Part shown: positions 59,668-64,000 of the stretch, piece by piece
Position numbering within the stretch: position 1 is the stretch's first letter
Layout of the letters: every line of letters starts with the position of its first letter
Origin: an uncultured Nitrososphaerales archaeon
GTDB taxonomy: Archaea > Thermoproteota > Nitrososphaeria > Nitrososphaerales > Nitrososphaeraceae
Direction of reading: 5' to 3'
Length of the DNA stretch: 64,000 nt
NCBI GenBank assembly: GCA_963841565.1
Contig: CAWJCY010000001.1
Location: 32,001-96,000 of the forward strand
Translations under genes and position numbers: made by a program
The notes under the pieces: generated by a model
The model's input: only the letters and a program-made list of their open reading frames with translations
Databases searched by the model: none
Told to the model about the DNA's origin: nothing

Positions 59668-60273
59668 TTGAATTTCTTGATCGCATGTGCGGCCCTATTT
59701 GGAGGATTATTGTTTGTAATTGTAAATACACTGGAATTGCATGACGGATATGTCGCTATCGGACAAGTTTTCTTTGACTTTGAAGAAAATTCAAGCAACA
59801 TAAATTATTTAGTTTTTGATGATACGAGTTCGGGCGTCCGTATTAAATACCCTTCAACTTGGAACGTACTTGAACAGCTTGGAAATATTTCGGGTAACAA
59901 TATCCTAGTGGACTTTTACCATACCGGGATTAACGGATCACTTGGTTACTCAGAGAATGCAAACATTGTAGTATCAGATTCCCACAGCATAGACCCTCAA
60001 TCGCTTGATAAATTCACCAACTCTACCATTCGAATTCTTGCGAGCAATCTAAATAATTTTACCCTACAGGAATCTCTTCCGACTATAGTTTCAGGGCTTC
60101 CAGCTCATAAAATAACATATACCATAGCTGGGAATCAATCAGAAATTAAGCAGACTCAAGCTTGGACGATTAAGGGTAATAAATGGATTGTGGTTTCGTA
60201 TTCTGCTGAACCATTAGCCTATTTCAATCCTAGAACGGCCCAAAATATATTGGACTCTCTCTTGATAAGATAA
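59668..60273 (+). CDS. Secreted or membrane-anchored PsbP-like protein
   Basis: N-terminal hydrophobic helix; IKYPSTW, ENANI, GLPAHKITY and AQNILDSL.I. Confidence 0.72.
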   Translation: MNFLIACAALFGGLLFVIVNTLELHDGYVAIGQVFFDFEENSSNINYLVFDDTSSGVRIKYPSTWNVLEQLGNISGNNILVDFYHTGINGSLGYSENANIVVSDSHSIDPQSLDKFTNSTIRILASNLNNFTLQESLPTIVSGLPAHKITYTIAGNQSEIKQTQAWTIKGNKWIVVSYSAEPLAYFNPRTAQNILDSLLIR

Positions 60274-60357
60274 GATAACTGCTATTGGGCCAAACATTTC
60301 TTGCACAGATTGCCAGTATTTTTATAACAGATTGGAGTAGCCTATAGAATATTTACA

Positions 60358-60948
60358 TTGATGCGCAGCAGTTTAATAACGCTAATCATCTACCTCATCT
60401 GTCCTATAGCACTATTTTATGCAGACGTCTATTCACAAGAGCAGGTGCAAACATCGCTCCAAAATATTAGCCACGAAAATCTTACAGTTTCTACTTTTGA
60501 AAACACAACTAAAACCAGGATCAATGAGACTGTAACCACTAGCGATCCTGTTACAATAGGGGCACTCACATCAGTAGCAATGAACAAGGTCATACTCAAT
60601 GTTACCCAAAATGTTCTGAATGAAACTGCACGCATATTGGAATTGAAAGAGTTTGTTCTCCGTGTATCAGCTCAAGAATCCAACGATACAACCCTAAACC
60701 TTAATTTTTCTGCGTTAGACTCAGAGACGTCGTCTGAGCTTGCAGGAGTAAGCATCGATGGTTGGATAGCAAATGGAAGTGGCATTTCTACGTATTTTTT
60801 CAGTGGACTGACCGATAATAGTGGGAAATCTGCATTTACTCTACATACCCAAGCAGATGGGTTGTATAACACGACTCTTACGGTCGAAGCATTTCTGACA
60901 GGTTATTCTTCTCAGAAGCAATCCGCAGCATTTACGTTAGGTGATTAG
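60358..60948 (+). CDS. Secreted Thr/Asn-rich hypothetical protein with an Ig-like C-terminus
   Basis: Signal-peptide-like N-terminus, several N-x-S/T sequons and a GLTDNSGK beta-hairpin motif. Confidence 0.6.
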   Translation: MMRSSLITLIIYLICPIALFYADVYSQEQVQTSLQNISHENLTVSTFENTTKTRINETVTTSDPVTIGALTSVAMNKVILNVTQNVLNETARILELKEFVLRVSAQESNDTTLNLNFSALDSETSSELAGVSIDGWIANGSGISTYFFSGLTDNSGKSAFTLHTQADGLYNTTLTVEAFLTGYSSQKQSAAFTLGD

Positions 60949-61402
60949 CAAAATATACTTTGTCGGTGAATCAATAGAAAACATTACAATTGACACTATC
61001 GGCAAACTGGATGTCGAGAAGATTTTCGATGTATTTACCAGATGCAGGAATACGGATGAGAAATTGATTTGAGTTACATGATTGGGTATCGAAGAAAATC
61101 CCAAAAAATGTTACCCAATAAATACTAACTAACCGCGTGATACATGTATCCTCATTTGGTTACGTTCTAATGTCATTTTCTGATCAAAGTGCTGACATGA
61201 GGGAAAACCACATTAACTAACATTGTAAGAAGTCACGTAAAGATAATTTCCTTTTCAGGTGATGCAAAAATGGAATATGAACAATATGTGTCGAGTTTAG
61301 AAGTGATTTGCGCACATTGAACTAATGCTGGACCTACGAGTGCTTTCTGTCATATTCCCATACAAATTGCATGAGAGGATCAAATAGAGTTCGCGACCCT
61401 CA

Positions 61403-63319
61403 TCACATCCTATTTAACGGATCGATACCAAGATAGTTTAACGTAAGTCTCATTACGTTGTTGAAGGCCTTTACTAACAGAAGCCTGGCAGAAACTAAAG
61501 ATTCGTTAGCTTCTTTCAGAATAGGGACCTGTTCATAAAATAGATTAAACGATACGGCGAGTTTATGGGCATACCTTGCTAGGAGCTTTGGGTTCATTTG
61601 CGATGAACATTGTTCGATAATTAGGTCCATTTTTGACAATTCTCGAATCAAATTTAGCTCCTTATCATGTAAATGATTAGCAAAGCTGATACTATGGTGC
61701 ATTAATTCTCCCTTCTCTATCAACCTTTGAGATCTCGCGAACGCATATTGTAAATATGGTCCACTGTCACCATCCAAGCTCAAAGATTCCTCTAGGTCGA
61801 ACACTATTGGCCGTTCTAAATCCTGTTTAATCAAGTTATACCGGACTGCGGCCCTGCCTAGACTTTCAGAAATACCAGATAGTTCTGAGTCAGTCATATT
61901 CGGATGCCTACTCTGGATTTCTTGCTTTGCTTTCTTGTAGAGTATTTCCATAACTTGGTCAGCGCCAACGTAAATTCCTTTCCTTCCTGACATATGAGCT
62001 GACGTATTCCCAATGTCGATGCCTAACGACTTCGCGGTCCGAGAACTTAAAGTAACTGGTTCATAGCTTAGATGCATATAGCGCTCTTTGTCATAATTAG
62101 CAACGGCAGAAAGAGTACGAGAAATGATGGTTTGCAGCCTCGATTGTCTGGAGTCTATTAGGTTAATTATGATCTCTGCACCGCAAAACTGCTGATTTGG
62201 TGGAGAACCGACCGACGTATCAAGGGTATCTGCCCAGAGGATTGAATGGTCCCATTGCTCTGAAAATGCGTAATAAAGGAAAGGATCGGAAAAGAGGCCC
62301 AGTTTCCATGCTGCGTATGGCATATCCTTAGCCATATAAGTCAGGGTACCATCACTTCTGATCAACACCTTATCGTCGTCTCCGTTTGAGCCTCTGATCA
62401 CCCAGCAACCTTTATTTTTTCCTTCAGTTTCGAAGACTGCTCTACCTTTATTTTTCAGGACCTCGAACATCTTCTCCCACAGCTTGGAAGCCACTATATC
62501 TGATTCGAAATTCAGTAAGTCGTACCTTACTTTTAAACTCCAGCATGTCTTCAGTTGATCCTTTAACACGCGTAGACTGATATCCTTTGCGAATCTTGAT
62601 AGATCAGATTTACCTTCTTCAATGCTTTTCAAGACTGATTTCCGCTTCTGTTGTAGGTCTGGATTCTTGGCGTACAATTCATTGATTTTCACATATACTT
62701 CATTCCCACAATATTGGTCGAATTTTGTAGAACGATCGGGAGGATCTATGGGAAATCCAGCATATAAAAACCCGACAACTATGTCGGCTACTTGAAGACC
62801 TGAGTCGTCCACGTAGTAGAATACACTTGTGTCATAATTAACAGCTGAAAGGATTCTGAATAAAACATCTCCGATTATCATATTTCTCAAATGTCCTACA
62901 TGTAATGCTTTGTTAGGATTTACGCTCGTATGCTCAACAATGACCCTTCGTCCTCTTCCAAAGTCAAATTTTCCGTAACTTTTATCCAGGATCTCACTAA
63001 TTACTGCTTTCGGATACACATCCCAATCTGCCCTGAAATTTATATGTCCTGAAGTATGGGCCTCAATTGTCTTCAGCAGTGTCCCACGTGATCTTTGTTT
63101 ATTTAGTTGGATTAGAAGTGAATCTACTAAATCCGTTGCTACGCGATACGGGTTACTATGAAATCGTTGTGCGAGCTGAAATGCAATATTGCTGGTAAGC
63201 TCTCCAAAATCGGTATTTGGAGGCTCGGTAAGTGTATAATTTATGCCATCAATCTTTTTATCTTGTATTAATTTATCTACAAGTAGTATCGCTTCTTTCC
63301 TGAGGTTTCTTAAGCTCAT
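61403..63319 (-). CDS. argS: Arginyl-tRNA synthetase
   Basis: EHTSVNPNKALHVGHLRN, MSGRKG, GDSGPYLQYA and C-terminal ..RM. Confidence 0.95.
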   Translation of the reverse strand: MSLRNLRKEAILLVDKLIQDKKIDGINYTLTEPPNTDFGELTSNIAFQLAQRFHSNPYRVATDLVDSLLIQLNKQRSRGTLLKTIEAHTSGHINFRADWDVYPKAVISEILDKSYGKFDFGRGRRVIVEHTSVNPNKALHVGHLRNMIIGDVLFRILSAVNYDTSVFYYVDDSGLQVADIVVGFLYAGFPIDPPDRSTKFDQYCGNEVYVKINELYAKNPDLQQKRKSVLKSIEEGKSDLSRFAKDISLRVLKDQLKTCWSLKVRYDLLNFESDIVASKLWEKMFEVLKNKGRAVFETEGKNKGCWVIRGSNGDDDKVLIRSDGTLTYMAKDMPYAAWKLGLFSDPFLYYAFSEQWDHSILWADTLDTSVGSPPNQQFCGAEIIINLIDSRQSRLQTIISRTLSAVANYDKERYMHLSYEPVTLSSRTAKSLGIDIGNTSAHMSGRKGIYVGADQVMEILYKKAKQEIQSRHPNMTDSELSGISESLGRAAVRYNLIKQDLERPIVFDLEESLSLDGDSGPYLQYAFARSQRLIEKGELMHHSISFANHLHDKELNLIRELSKMDLIIEQCSSQMNPKLLARYAHKLAVSFNLFYEQVPILKEANESLVSARLLLVKAFNNVMRLTLNYLGIDPLNRM

Positions 63320-64000
63320 AGCTTTAATCCAAAAAAATTTTGAGACAGATACTGAATGGCTTGTACAAGTCCTTCGCCATGCTTAGCCGAAGTGACGTGT
63401 ATCGCATTCCGTTTCACGTTTTCTTCGGCATGTCCTAAGCATATGCTATAACCGCACGATCTGAAAATGGGGATATCAGTTTCGCTATCTCCAATTGCTA
63501 CACTATCCTTCGCTTCAAGCCCTAGTATCCTTAATGCTTCAGTTAGGCCAGTAGATTTGTCCACCCCAATCTGATTAATATGGTAGGCATACTTACTATC
63601 ACTAAGATACAAGGGTAGTTTGTATTCATTGAGAATGAGTTGCGCACGATTAATGTCAAAGTTTCTGCATAAGACAACTTCGGACATTCGCCCAAAGACT
63701 GGCTTATTCCTGACACCTTCGATATGATCTTTTAGTACATTATACCCCTCCAGGCAAATTTTCTTATTTCCTAAGACCATATGTTCCTCTGGGCTCGTGG
63801 TGATTACTCCACCATTCTCGGAAACGGCAATCTTAGTTGTACCTGCAAAGACTGCCAAAGTATATGCTTCAAATGACGATCTCCCCGTTACAAAAATTAC
63901 TTTAAAACCCATTCTCTCGAGAATCCGTAGCTCTAGGATGGCTGGGAGGTGAAGCATACCTCCACCATTCTCGGTGATAGTTCCGTCAATGTCAACCGCA
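63316..64000 (-). CDS. Phosphoglycolate phosphatase-like HAD hydrolase (TA0175/Cof type; 5' truncated)
   Basis: AVDIDGTIT at the window edge, TGR, SENGG, VDK and IGDSETD. Confidence 0.88.
   Translation of the reverse strand, partial: AVDIDGTITENGGGMLHLPAILELRILERMGFKVIFVTGRSSFEAYTLAVFAGTTKIAVSENGGVITTSPEEHMVLGNKKICLEGYNVLKDHIEGVRNKPVFGRMSEVVLCRNFDINRAQLILNEYKLPLYLSDSKYAYHINQIGVDKSTGLTEALRILGLEAKDSVAIGDSETDIPIFRSCGYSICLGHAEENVKRNAIHVTSAKHGEGLVQAIQYLSQNFFGLKL

Overview
A roughly 40% GC, gene-dense chromosomal segment of an ammonia-oxidising archaeon. The best fit is Nitrososphaerota, probably soil Nitrososphaeraceae, inferred from archaeal PriSL, GlyRS and ArgRS, an amt-glnK-glnK cluster, FixAB(CX), MEDS and PsbP-like proteins, bacterial-type MetK and UvrABC, and cobalamin genes. 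It contains the conserved eno-rps2-MEMO1-mvk-ipk-fni-GGPPS-gltX superoperon, a Grs-like radical SAM enzyme, tRNA-Ala(GGC), FNR, glyS, priL/priS, mtnA, nitrogen uptake genes, ETF genes, a Mesh1-like hydrolase, uvrBAC, cbiA/C/X/G/D, metK, Lsm, a dimeric dUTPase and argS. I found no CRISPR array, transposase or rRNA. Three leads stand out. (1) A kinase plus UbiE/MenG-like methyltransferase, divergent UbiA-like membrane protein and chorismate-lyase-like cluster may be an uncharacterised quinone or prenyl-aromatic pathway. (2) The cbiD-cbiG intergenic region is highly structured and precedes a cbiG with no canonical start codon, making it a candidate cis-regulatory RNA. (3) Six genes carry single-base +1 frameshifts, three of them in the same GCG[A]GC context; these are probably systematic sequencing errors. 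All family calls come from motif recognition by eye, not database searches.
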